A stretch of DNA of 63,067 nt, filler included, from Saprolegnia diclina VS20 (GCF_000281045.1; 5 parts of 2 records of this genome joined end to end with filler, not necessarily neighbours in it), one strand, 5' to 3'; positions 48,645-59,379 are shown, numbered from the whole stretch's first letter. Made by a program: numbers and translations. Notes: generated by a model not told the origin, from the letters alone.

Positions 48645-50531
48645 CTACAACAACGACGCTAGATTCCGCGCGCCGGCCACTTCCCGCGCAGACGCGTAGC
48701 ACACGCGCAGTCCGTCAATTTGGCTCGGAGTCCAATCGGCCACGACAAGTGCTGGTGGTGTCACAATGACGTAGACGTGGTCAAAGCCGGCGAGGTGCGG
48801 GTTGCTCGAAAGGACTTCGTGGACCTCGTGGATCGCGTCCCACGGCAGCTGACGCACTGGCGTGACCGACATTTGCAAGTAGTGGACGCACTTGTCTTGC
48901 ACGCAAATGGCATCAATACCGGGCAACAGCACGTAATAGTTGGGCGCCCAGTACGTCTTGTCGATCCATCCCGTCCCAAGGCAGCTCATGTAGTCGACCT
49001 TGGACGCATTGGCCAATGCGGCTTCAAACCGCGCAGTGACAACCAGAGGCGTCGCTTCGCCCGAGAGCTCGAGCTGAAGAACGCCGTCAAATGCGAGCTT
49101 GTGAATCATCGCTTTGTAGAGCGACTTGTAGAGCGCCGTGTACGTCGTCGTCTCGACCCATTGGAGCGCGTCTGCAACGGCCCAAATACGCTCCATGGCG
49201 AGCCAGTGCCGCTGGGCAGGGCCGGTGTCCAGCACGCATCGGCCTTGATAGAGGTAGCACGCGTAGTGACCAATGTCTTGAATGTACATGCGTCGAATCT
49301 CGTCTTCGTCGGCGAGTGCACTCGGGCTCAAATCCTGGCTTCTGGGCGACAAAAGGAACGAGCGCAAACTGCCACCAGAGAACGCGTAGCGCTCCTCAAC
49401 AGTGCTCAAGGCCCCCTCGTAGATGGCACACACATCACAAAGAGCGTCTTTGGACCATGCAGGGAGCGTCAGTGGCACACGCTTGCCGTCGTCCTTGATG
49501 CGGTATTGCGCCGATGCCGAGAGGATATTACTCGAGGCCACGGCTTTGGTGAGCGCATCCTGGCTCTGGAAGCGCGACTCAAGATAGCCGTCGGCGACGA
49601 CGAGGAGCGTTCGTCCTTTGGCGTGGGTCTCGGACTTGAACGCGTCGAAGAGATCGCAAAAGTCTTTTCCGTTGAAGCCGGGGTACTTGGTCACGTGCCC
49701 ACCGCGAAAACAAAAGACAGCGTCGCCCAGCGCAGCGCCATCCGGGGTGTCCAAATCGACGTCCTTGACACTGCGCACGAGTAGAATGTTGACGTCGTGG
49801 TACACGCCGAGGTAGGCGCAAAAGAGGATGAGAAGCACCGACTTGCCAATGCCTGGCGACCCCGTGAGGAGCAGCGGCAGCCGCAATGCGCCGGGGCTCG
49901 AATCGGGCGGGGCAGAGACTTCTTCGATGTGGCATGGACGAAGTCGGGCTTGGAGCGCAGCAAGCACAGCGCTGTCGTCGGCATCAGGCAGCGTAAAGTT
50001 GACGCGCAAAAGGTCCCAGGCCATCTTCATCTCCTTGCGGACGTGGACACGCAACGGAAAGCCGCCATAGTTTGCAAAGAGCTTGTTGAGCGTGGTCGTT
50101 GACAGCTGAGCTCCGACGTAAATGGTCTTGAGGTCGGGCACGTCGGCTGTTGTCAGTGTGCCACCGTCTTTGGAACGGATCCAACGCGCCACTTCCTGAC
50201 CCTTTGGACGCTTTGACGGGCGACCTACAAACGTGGTATGGACAGCCGCTGCAACGAGAAAGAGTACCGTGTTCCGTCGCGTCGTCTGGCTCGCGTGGGC
50301 GTGTGACTGCGACAGGTCGTTGCAGTGCTCTCGTGTCTTCTCGTCCCAACTGTCGGTACGTCGCATGCGCAACGTCGAGGATATGGTCGACCGAGACTTC
50401 GCATTGCGTCCCATCGTGGAAGTCGCACGGAAGAAGCATGTTGCTCGGCGGCGGCAGCCGAGGCAAGCACGACAGCTCAAGAGCCGCGTAGTCGAGCGCT
50501 GCGTGACAGTCGCTGGCGAGAAAGTGGCCAA
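48645..50531 (-). CDS. Crinkler/RHS-like P-loop NTPase + PD-(D/E)xK nuclease protein (5' end uncertain, near a gap)
   Basis: Walker A LLTGSPGIGKS, Walker B-like LVVADG, LPAWS, YAFSGGSLR; C-terminal YWAP...LPGIDAI...YLQMSV nuclease-like motif. Confidence 0.75.
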   Translation of the reverse strand: MATFSPATVTQRSTTRLLSCRACLGCRRRATCFFRATSTMGRNAKSRSTISSTLRMRRTDSWDEKTREHCNDLSQSHAHASQTTRRNTVLFLVAAAVHTTFVGRPSKRPKGQEVARWIRSKDGGTLTTADVPDLKTIYVGAQLSTTTLNKLFANYGGFPLRVHVRKEMKMAWDLLRVNFTLPDADDSAVLAALQARLRPCHIEEVSAPPDSSPGALRLPLLLTGSPGIGKSVLLILFCAYLGVYHDVNILLVRSVKDVDLDTPDGAALGDAVFCFRGGHVTKYPGFNGKDFCDLFDAFKSETHAKGRTLLVVADGYLESRFQSQDALTKAVASSNILSASAQYRIKDDGKRVPLTLPAWSKDALCDVCAIYEGALSTVEERYAFSGGSLRSFLLSPRSQDLSPSALADEDEIRRMYIQDIGHYACYLYQGRCVLDTGPAQRHWLAMERIWAVADALQWVETTTYTALYKSLYKAMIHKLAFDGVLQLELSGEATPLVVTARFEAALANASKVDYMSCLGTGWIDKTYWAPNYYVLLPGIDAICVQDKCVHYLQMSVTPVRQLPWDAIHEVHEVLSSNPHLAGFDHVYVIVTPPALVVADWTPSQIDGLRVCYASAREVAGARNLASLL

Positions 50532-51019
50532 CGATCGCCGCTGTTGCCGTCTCGACTGTCGTTACGGGGTGTGATGCCAGCGGCAGCCCTTCAAATGGCC
50601 GCAACGCGTAGCCGGCGAGGGTCAGCACGAGCAACGTCGGGTCGTTCAANNNNNNNNNNNNNNNNNNNNNNNNNNNNNNNNNNNNNNNNNNNNNNNNNNN
50701 NNNNNNNNNNNNNNNNNNNNNNNNNNNNNNNNNNNNNNNNNNNNNNNNNNNNNNNNNNNNNNNNNNNNNNNNNNCGGTACCATGTGCGTCCGAACCGTCC
50801 GAGTTTGTCGTACACATACTACGCGCCGCATTGACTCATGCATTTGGCAATGCGAGGGAGGCAAACTCCCCGGCAGCGAAAATGCCGTTGGGTTGGGCTT
50901 GCAGCGACGCGATCGTGCGGCCCGATGGAATCGGTCGGACGTGCCACGTGAGGTTAATGCGCTGGCACTCGGCGTAGACGTAGTGCTCCGTGTCAAAGAC
51001 ATTCGGCGGCAAGAGTGCG

Positions 51020-51211
51020 TAGAAGGCCGGGTCCGTTGGTGTGCCCCAGAGACTCCCGAGATTGCCCATGACCAAAAATTGCAAATGGCTCAACGATCCA
51101 AACGCTAAACGCTGCATGATTGGCTGAAACGAAATTGTATCCACCAATCAGTAATGGGTCTAGGATGAGCCTGTCCAGAATCTGGGGTATACCAACGGAC
51201 CCGGCCTTCTA
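51020..51211. mobile_element. MITE with ~30-bp TIRs and flanking TA, nested in the left arm
   Basis: TA-GAAGGCCGGGTCCGTTGGTgTgCCCCAGA ... TCTGGGGtAtACCAACGGACCCGGCCTTC-TA. Confidence 0.75.
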
Positions 51212-51900
51212 AAGTTCGGGGACTACCCATACCGACGCCGCGATCCACCGAGCCGCTCCCATTTGGAGTCGGACGACGCGCTCGATGTATGGCGCCGCTA
51301 GCCGCAAATGGGTCGCCGGGAGGCTCGTCTGCGAGAAGTGCGGCCTTCCCAGAAAGCACAAGCTCGGGTGCAAGTACCGGTCGAGCGAGCAGAGCCTACG
51401 GACCCGCAGCCACATGAAGAGCCGCCAGCCAAGCGCGCGAAGCACAAACGCTGCAAAGTGTGTGGCGCGTCGAAGTATCACCCGTCAGGCAGGATGAAAA
51501 GCGAGCATGCCCCTTCTATTAACTGCTCGATATTTAGAGACCAGGCATTGGCTGTTCGTATTACTTGTCGCCCGCTTTAACAGAGTGTACGCGTAGAAGG
51601 GGCATGCTCGCTTTTCATCCTGCCTGACGGGTGATACTTCGACGCGCCACACACTTTGCAGCGTTTGTGCTTCGCGCGCTTGGCTGGCGGCTCTTCATGT
51701 GGCTGCGGGTCCGTAGGCTCTGCTCGCTCGACCGGTACTTGCACCCGAGCTTGTGCTTTCTGGGAAGGCCGCACTTCTCGCAGACGAGCCTCCCGGCGAC
51801 CCATTTGCGGCTAGCGGCGCCATACATCGAGCGCGTCGTCCGACTCCAAATGGGAGCGGCTCGGTGGATCGCGGCGTCGGTATGGGTAGTCCCCGAACTT

Positions 51901-52092
51901 TAGAAGGCCGGGTCCGTTGGTATACCCCAGATTCTGGACAGGCTCATCCTAGACCCATTACTGATTGGTGGATACAATTTCGTTTCAGCCAATCATGCAG
52001 CGTTTAGCGTTTGGAGCGTTGAGCCATTTGCAATTTTTGGTCATGGGCAATCTCGGGAGTCTCTGGGGCACACCAACGGACCCGGCCTTCTA
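51901..52092. mobile_element. Second copy of the same MITE, in the right arm
   Basis: Mirror copy of 51020-51211. Confidence 0.75.
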
Positions 52093-52337
52093 CGCACTCT
52101 TGCCGCCGAATGCCTTTGACACGGAGCACTACGTCTACGCCGAGTGCCAGCGCATTAACCTCACGTGGCACGTCCGACCGATTCCATCGGGCCGCACGAT
52201 CGCGTCGCTGCAAGCCCAACCCAACGGCATTTTCGCTGCCGGGGAGTTTGCCTCCCTCGCATTGCCAAATGCATGAGTCAATGCGGCGCGTAGTATGTGT
52301 ACGACAAACTCGGACGGTTCGGACGCACATGGTACCG

Positions 52338-52437
52338 NNNNNNNNNNNNNNNNNNNNNNNNNNNNNNNNNNNNNNNNNNNNTTAATTAATTAANNNNNNN
52401 NNNNNNNNNNNNNNNNNNNNNNNNNNNNNNNNNNNNN
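52338..52437. other. Artificial scaffold linker
   Basis: N-TTAATTAATTAA-N block. Confidence 0.97.
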
Positions 52438-53133
52438 CCGACGTTCGATGCGATCATCAAGTCGTACGACGACAAGATCGGTGTCCTCTTCAAGCGCAAG
52501 GTCGGCTCGCTCTGCGCCGACACGGACCTTCGCAAGAGCCTTGTGCGGTTCGCCGAGGCGCCGATCGGCAACTTCTTTGCCGACGCGTCCAAGGCGTTCT
52601 ACACCAAGAAGACGGTCGACGCCGCGGTCATGAACGGCGGCGGCATCCGCACGGACAAGGTCTGGCCCGCGGCCGACCTCTCGATCGGCGACCTCATTTC
52701 GTGGTCGCCCTTCGGTGACTCGATCGTCGTCATCAGCACGGACGGCGCGAGCTTCAAGAAGTTTATGAACTTCAAGATGATCGACTCGTGCGGCGACAAG
52801 ATTGTCGCGGAGAACGGCCATTACTTCCACATGGCCGGCATGACGTACACGTTCACTTGCAGCGGCAAGGGCGCCGGTGTGATCACGAGCCTCCAGTGGG
52901 CCACCGAAGGTCGCTCGGGCGACGTCAAGGACGACGACAAGCTCAACCTCGCGCTCTCGACGTACATGAAGGGTCTCTTCGACCAGGCGGGCGGCAAGTC
53001 TACGTGGGTCGTCAACCCGAACGAGGCGACGCGCATCGAAGCCATCTTGGAGGCGTTCACAACGAAGAACGGAGGCAGCGTCTGCCCCAAGCTCGAGGGC
53101 CGCAACAAGGTCATCCCGACGTCGGCGTCGTAA
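52438..53133 (+). CDS. 5'-nucleotidase family protein, C-terminal part (5' truncated)
   Basis: EAPIGNFFADA, MNGGGIRTD, DLISWSPFGD; paralogous to 53545-55152. Confidence 0.88.
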   Translation, partial: PTFDAIIKSYDDKIGVLFKRKVGSLCADTDLRKSLVRFAEAPIGNFFADASKAFYTKKTVDAAVMNGGGIRTDKVWPAADLSIGDLISWSPFGDSIVVISTDGASFKKFMNFKMIDSCGDKIVAENGHYFHMAGMTYTFTCSGKGAGVITSLQWATEGRSGDVKDDDKLNLALSTYMKGLFDQAGGKSTWVVNPNEATRIEAILEAFTTKNGGSVCPKLEGRNKVIPTSAS

Positions 53134-53544
53134 ATTGTGTTGTGCAATCTTATAAACCCATCTAGTACACACGTTTCGTTTCAAATGGAATTGACAAAGT
53201 TGGTCGGATTCTATGGTTAGAACTTTACGGTATGCGAGCAGCGTGAATCAAATGCACGCATCGATCACCATCGCTTTCACTGCTACACGTTATCAACACC
53301 TCGCCGTACACTGACTTTGAACCTATTTCAAAAAACATCACGCTTAGTTAGTACGCTTCGTTTCCTGTACTACAGTAGTTCCTTTCCTAGTTGCATTGAA
53401 TTGGTCCATGTAGTCCGACGCTCGGCAGTCCTATGGATACTAGTAGACACTAAAGCGACGTTGATACAAAAATGCTGTGATTTTGTTAGGATCTCGGCGG
53501 CTTCCTCCCCGACGAGTGTCGTTCGATGCACCGTGCGACCCGAG

Positions 53545-55152
53545 TTAGAACGAGATCGTACTGCGGCCGCCCAGCTTGGGGCACACGCTGCCGTCTTGCT
53601 TTTTCGTGTACGTCTCGAGGACGAGGTCGATGCGCGTCGCTTCGGCGGCATCGACGAGGTACTTGGCCGGCTTGCCGACAAACTGGTCAAAGAGGTCCTT
53701 CATGTACGTCGAGAGGGCAACGTTGAACGCGTCCGAATCCTTGATGTCGCCCGACTTGCCGTTGACTTCGCCGTCCCACTGGAGGCTTGTGATCGCGCCC
53801 GCCTTTTCGCCGCTGCACTTGTACGAGACCTTGACGCCGGCGATCTGCGGGTAAAAGCCGTTGAGCATGAGGTTGTTGCCCTTGTCGCACGTCTGCGCGA
53901 GCTGGGTGCCCAGAAACTTCTTGAAGCTAGCGCCGTCGGTCGCGATGACCGCAATCATATTGCCAAACGGCGACCACGAGATGAGGTCCCCGAGCGAGAA
54001 TGGACCGGCCGACCACTTCTTGTCTGTGCGGATACCGCCGGCGTTCATGTAGCCGACATCGACCGCCACCTTTTTGTAGTAGTCCTTGAATGCATCGGCA
54101 AAGAAGTTGCCGATCGGCGCTTCGGATTGGCGCAGAAGCTTGGCGGTCAAGTCGGTTTCGGCGCAGAGCGAGCCGACATTGCGCTTGAAGAGCACGTTGA
54201 TCTTGGCGTCGTACGACTTGATGATCTCGTCAAACGCCGGGTCGGACGGCATCTCGTTCGTGATCGCGAGGTTCTTGTGGCTCATTTTGGTGAACGCTTT
54301 GTTCAACGTCTTTGGATCCGACTGGAACGGCGCATAGTACTTGATGTCGGAGACCCAAATGCTGCGGAAGTTGAGGTCCGACTTGAGGTACGGCGTGCCA
54401 AAGTTGGTCTGGAGCATCGCCGAGTGGTCGTGGCCGCCGTAAATCATGTCGACGCCCTTGACCAGCTGCGAGAAGCGGTTGTCGTCGTCGAGAAACTGGT
54501 GCGTGAGCGCAATCACCATGTCGACCTTCTCGACCTCACGGAGCGTCTTGACGACCGGGATCGACGCGTTCACCGGGTCCATCCAGTACATGCCCGTGGT
54601 CGCGTCCTGCATATCGTACATGACACCAAAGGCGCCGATCTTGATCGTCCCCATCGTCGGCGAGTTGAGCACCTTGACCGCATACGGTTTGGTGCCGCGG
54701 AGAAGTTGGCCGGTCGACTTCTCGTACGCGTTGACGTTGAGCCAAGGAAACTTGGAGGCGGCCGAGACGTTGAGGAACGCGTCGATGCCAAAGTCAAACT
54801 CGTGGTTGCCGAGGCACGCAAAGTCGACACTGAGCGCGTTGTGGGCCTCGACCATCTGGATACCCTTGAACTGGCCGGACCAGAGCGACGGCGACATGGT
54901 GTCGCCCGCAAAGATGACCAAACTGTTGTCAAAGTTCTTGCGAAGCTTCTGTGCGATGGGGATGACACGCGAGGGGCCGCCGACGAGGACGCCATACTGC
55001 GAGGCGTCGGTCTCGTTCTGCATCTCGTACACGTCGTTGTACGAGAGCACTTGGAAGCGGGCCGTGGGCGCGCGTGCCGTGCCGCAGTCGCCGACGACGG
55101 CCGTCGCAGAGACACCGAGGAGAAGCACGAGCTTGGGGATTGTCGCTACCAT
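53545..55152 (-). CDS. Secreted 5'-nucleotidase (calcineurin-like metallophosphoesterase + 5'-NT C-terminal domain)
   Basis: Signal peptide MVATIPKLVLLLGVSA; YNDVY, FAGDTMSPS, LGNHEFDFG, IALTH, GGHDH, EAPIGNFFADA, NAGGIR. Confidence 0.93.
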   Translation of the reverse strand: MVATIPKLVLLLGVSATAVVGDCGTARAPTARFQVLSYNDVYEMQNETDASQYGVLVGGPSRVIPIAQKLRKNFDNSLVIFAGDTMSPSLWSGQFKGIQMVEAHNALSVDFACLGNHEFDFGIDAFLNVSAASKFPWLNVNAYEKSTGQLLRGTKPYAVKVLNSPTMGTIKIGAFGVMYDMQDATTGMYWMDPVNASIPVVKTLREVEKVDMVIALTHQFLDDDNRFSQLVKGVDMIYGGHDHSAMLQTNFGTPYLKSDLNFRSIWVSDIKYYAPFQSDPKTLNKAFTKMSHKNLAITNEMPSDPAFDEIIKSYDAKINVLFKRNVGSLCAETDLTAKLLRQSEAPIGNFFADAFKDYYKKVAVDVGYMNAGGIRTDKKWSAGPFSLGDLISWSPFGNMIAVIATDGASFKKFLGTQLAQTCDKGNNLMLNGFYPQIAGVKVSYKCSGEKAGAITSLQWDGEVNGKSGDIKDSDAFNVALSTYMKDLFDQFVGKPAKYLVDAAEATRIDLVLETYTKKQDGSVCPKLGGRSTISF

Positions 55153-56213
55153 GGGAGCGGGTTGGATCCAATTGGAAAATGAAATTGAAGCTCGCACTTC
55201 ACGCCGTGATAGGGTCGGTCGCCACAACGGCAAGTGCACTGGGAACCCTACCCCGAGTTTTGCGTGGCCAGGGTTACTGCAGTCTTGGTTTGGCGTCGCC
55301 GAATCTCACCGCACTTGGCCCTTCTGCACCAATCACCTCCCGCGGTGGCCTCTGGCGACGGTTCTTGAATCCCGTCGCTTTGGCAATGTCGCCGAGAAGG
55401 CTCTGTTCCGTGCTGACCCTATCAACCGAAATGATATGTTTTTGTTGCAGTGGCAAACGAGTAGCTGACCAAGGCGATCGCGAGCGGCCTTGTACAGTAG
55501 TAGCTAGCAGCGCAGCGAGGCCGACGTCGACCACGCTGCTCGCTCTTGTGGCTAATCGGCGTCGTTGGAAGCATACCAGCGCAGAAACTTTATTCGACGC
55601 ACAATCCGACGCACACCGTTGACGCATTACACACTCGGAGACTCAAACCCAATGCACCCTTTTGGCGCCGGGAGTCCGATGATTGGGATGCCCCAAGCAT
55701 ATATCGTGACGCCCAGAGGAGCGATGCGTGAAGCCCAACACGCCCAACGACCAGGCAAACCGATTTTGCTGCGACGCATCAATTGTCGATCGAACATGAT
55801 GGCGTTGACAGAGTCGCTCGAGCATCCTCTCGTAGGTGCAGTGGCGCGCGTCATGGCAGCTCTGCCTCCATCCGCATCGTCTCTTTGTCTCCTCGAGAGT
55901 TTATCAAGTACGAGTACCGCAGTATACTGGACAGCTACAACCCGACGCAGACTCAAACATGCACCATCGCACCCTTCCGCGCGAAACGGCGCGATGTTGG
56001 CAACGCTTGCACTTGGCACAGATTGAAAAAATCCAATACGAAAGGCAAAGTCGAATGCGCTGCTTCAATGCAGCAGATGTTGATGCCAAGTCTGATAGAA
56101 CGCCAGATCTGGTGGTCAGCGAGCACGCTGGCGTCACACCCCAACATATGTGCCAGACACTGTACCCTGCGAACCTGCTTGTCGACAAGCTACTGTGGCC
56201 ACTTCTAAAAACG

Positions 56214-57119
56214 ATGGCCAAGTGGACGTTCCTCACCGCGCTCGCGTCCTCGGCTCTCTCGCTCCATGCGTCGGTGGCCCAGACGCCGTGCGCCAACACG
56301 GACCCGTTCGAGATTTACGAGACGACGCCGTGCGGCAACAACCCGACGCCGGCACCCGCGACGACGACCCTCACGTTCTGCGCCTACAACCGCCAAGCGC
56401 TCTCCGAGTACAACGGCGACATCTTCACGGACGTGGTGCGCACCAACAAGAACGAGCAATTTGTCTACAGCCCGTCGGCCATGACGCTCGTGTCCGAGTC
56501 GAACGGCCAGTGCCTCGATGCGTACCTTGACGGCAACGGCGCGTACCAGCTGCACACGTACCAGTGCATGGAGGGCAACGGCAACCAAAAGTGGGTCTAC
56601 AACACCAACGCGCGCCGCATCGAGCACGGCACGCACCAAGGTCTCTGCGTCGTCGGTGGCTCCGCGGGTACCAAGGCGCGCGTCGAGCCGTGCAGCCAGA
56701 GCCTCCTCCAATACTTTAGCGACTGCAAGGGCTCGTCCAGTGTCAGCGTCCACCTTCAGACGTGCTACACTGACTCGTGGCTCTCCGAGTACGACACGGG
56801 CCTCTACGCCGACAAGCTCCGCAACAATGCCAACGAGAACTTTGCGTACGACCCCGTCGCGCAGACCCTCCAAGTCGGCAGCAACGGCCAGTGCCTTGAC
56901 GCCTTCTCGACGGGCGACGGCAAGTTTGGCCTTCACACGTACGCGTGCGACGCAAAGAACTCGAACCAAAAGTGGATCCTCCAAGACAAACTGGTCAAGC
57001 ACGCGACGTTCAACAACCTCTGCCTCGATGCCGACCCGACCGACAACAGCCACAAGGCGCAGGTCTGGGACTGCACGGCGTACAACAAGAACCAGTGCTG
57101 GAACATTTTGCGTGTCTAA
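56214..57119 (+). CDS. Secreted protein with two ricin-B (CBM13) lectin domains
   Basis: Signal peptide MAKWTFLTALASSALSLHA; two repeats of GQCLDA...LHTY.C...N.NQKW; AQVWDC...NKNQCW. Confidence 0.9.
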   Translation: MAKWTFLTALASSALSLHASVAQTPCANTDPFEIYETTPCGNNPTPAPATTTLTFCAYNRQALSEYNGDIFTDVVRTNKNEQFVYSPSAMTLVSESNGQCLDAYLDGNGAYQLHTYQCMEGNGNQKWVYNTNARRIEHGTHQGLCVVGGSAGTKARVEPCSQSLLQYFSDCKGSSSVSVHLQTCYTDSWLSEYDTGLYADKLRNNANENFAYDPVAQTLQVGSNGQCLDAFSTGDGKFGLHTYACDAKNSNQKWILQDKLVKHATFNNLCLDADPTDNSHKAQVWDCTAYNKNQCWNILRV

Positions 57120-57417
57120 AAACACCACATTCATACCGAGGCGAAGCCAACGTTGGTGTATACCTAGTCGTTGCGACTATAAACATTACCTCTTGTGTGT
57201 TTTCGTTGCATGGGATTGTGGTGTGCCAACAAGCGGACCAGATGGAAAAGGAAGATAAAGTCGTGGGGTCAGCTCGGAAATCTTGCTGCAAATGTATACG
57301 TCAAACCATGCTACTGGACGTTTTCGCTCGACGAAGCTGCATCGAAAGACTACTTTGGAAAGGTCCTTTATGGACGCCACCAGCGTCGAGGTGGGCGGAA
57401 TACCCTCCTCGACGGTG

Positions 57418-57686
57418 TACAGACATATTCTGCGTTAATTGACAAAAGATCTGAAAAGCGTGGGATTTTACCCATGTGTTGGGCATTTTAGAGCAATGCC
57501 AGCCGTACGATTGGCCCTGGAACGACATGTGGCGTTGGTAATCCTACTTGGTATATCTATGTCAATACTGAATGCAAGCTAATAAGTTCTGCTTGTAACA
57601 CAACACATATTTTGTATTGGTACACTCAACACGGGCTTATTTTTGTCAATTAACGCGGTTGTCAATTAACGCAGAAGATGTCTGTA
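57418..57686. mobile_element. Tc1/mariner(pogo)-type MITE, 265 bp, TA target duplication
   Basis: TA-CAGACATaTTCTGCGTTAATTGACAA ... TTGTCAATTAACGCAGAAgATGTCTG-TA (26-bp TIR, 1 mismatch); AT-rich interior; extra subterminal TIR fragment at 57641-57656. Confidence 0.85.
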
Positions 57687-58867
57687 CGTGGCGCAACAGG
57701 CGCCTGTCTCATTTGGTAGAGTGCTGGTCAAATGGATATCAAGAATGATGGTCTAGATCCCAAACCGACTCTGTCGCTGCACCACTCGATTAGAATCGCC
57801 TTTACTATAGTATAGTATGTTATAAAACAGCCACCGAGCACCAGGAGATCCAGACGCTGAGGCAATACCCAGTTTCCTGGTGACCAGAAACTTTGACGTC
57901 CTTTTCGAGCCATCAACATCTCCAAAGCTCCTCCGAACGTCGATGTCCCGCGGGCTTGCGATACGTTGTGCCCAAGCTGTTGCACTGGACGAAGCCAAAG
58001 AGTGCGTACCGGTTATACGTTATGTACTCTGTCTGTGTGTGTCGCTACTCGTGCCGTTACTGGTATAGACGTATCTCGACTCTACCGAGTGATCGCTGTC
58101 GTCTTTAGTAGAGAGGCTACGGTCTATTCCAATCCACGCTATCATTTGATCGAAAGTCCATTGCAGCCAAAACCTTTGTGCTTTTTCATCGCTCGTATAC
58201 TTCAACCACAGACTCCGTCCCGATTTCTGACAACTTGTTTTCTAAATGTGAGAAGAGGCGTGACCCAATCATTCTCTTGTGTACACCACATCATCTGGAG
58301 CGCAGACCTGCTATGTTTGTGCGTTGCGTACAAAGTATAGTAAGCTTCTCGTTACGACCCATGTTCTTCACATGTTGTGGAACTGAAAACCTTCCTTGGC
58401 TTCGGCAATGCACGCCGCAGGACGAGGCGACGTGAGAGCTTGTCGTTGCATTAACCGGTAGCCTCCACACCTCTTCACTATCGAGCCCCACCTGCGCACA
58501 CAGATACCTTGGAGCGACCCAGAGGGTTAAGTGTCCACTTCCGCCNNNNNNNNNNNNNNNNNNNNNNNNNNNNNNNNNNNNNNNNNNNNNNNNNNNNNNN
58601 NNNNNNNNNNNNNNNNNNNNNNNNNNNNNNNNNNNNNNNNNNNNNGATACCTTGGAGCGACCCAGAGGGTTAAGTGTCCACTTCCGCCTTTTTACAACGT
58701 CGTGCAACGTCACTTTTGACGGCGCCAGTTGGGGATGCTATATCATCCGCTGCCCTACCATGCGTCGCAGCCACATCAATGGTCGCGCGGGCCGTCTCTC
58801 CCAAACACTGTACCATATCGGCGTCAATTCACTTTTCAATTTTTGACATCGCGTCAGCACAACCACC

Positions 58868-59184
58868 ATGGTGGCCGCGATCTCCAAGCTCGTGCTTCTC
58901 CTCAGTGTCTCTGCGACGACCGTCGTCGGCGACTGCGGCACGGCGCGCCCACCCACGGCCCATTTCCAAGTGCTCTCGTACAACGACGTGTACGAGATGA
59001 AGGCCGAGAACGACACTGCTCAGTATGGCGTCCTCGTCGGCGGTCCCTCGCGTGTCATTCCCATCGCAAAGAAGCTCCGCCAGAACTTTGAAAACAGTTT
59101 GGTCATCTTTGCGGGCGATACCATGTCGCCGTCGCTCTGGTCTGGCCAGTTCAAGGGTCTCCAGATGATCGAGGCTCACAACGC
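58868..59184 (+). CDS. Secreted 5'-nucleotidase paralog, N-terminal part (3' truncated)
   Basis: MVAAISKLVLLLSVSA...YNDVYEM...FAGDTMSPSLWS, closely similar to the N-terminus of the gene starting at 55152. Confidence 0.9.
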
Positions 59185-59284
59185 NNNNNNNNNNNNNNNN
59201 NNNNNNNNNNNNNNNNNNNNNNNNNNNNTTAATTAATTAANNNNNNNNNNNNNNNNNNNNNNNNNNNNNNNNNNNNNNNNNNNN
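59185..59284. other. Artificial scaffold linker
   Basis: N-TTAATTAATTAA-N block. Confidence 0.97.
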
Positions 59285-59379
59285 ATGTGAAAATTAAAAG
59301 TCCTCGCTATAAGGCATAGCGTGGGCTTTTAATTTGACTGACCTCATTTTCCGAGCGAGCTCTGTGGCCATTAGAAAAT
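59285..59379 (+). repeat. Direct repeat, copy 1 (identical to 62973-63067)
   Basis: ATGTGAAAATTAAAAGTCC...GGCCATTAGAAAAT recurs at the window end. Confidence 0.93.

Larger units (their letters stand above)
50775..52337. repeat. Long inverted repeat: 744-bp arms (50775-51518 and 51594-52337) with a 75-bp spacer
   Basis: Mirror-image ORF sets; the arms are reverse complements with about 2 mismatches seen; both outer ends abut N gaps. Confidence 0.95.

Noticed and set aside
58503..58688. 43-bp direct repeat flanking a 100-N gap
   Set aside because: Identical sequence on both sides of a gap indicates an unmerged contig overlap.
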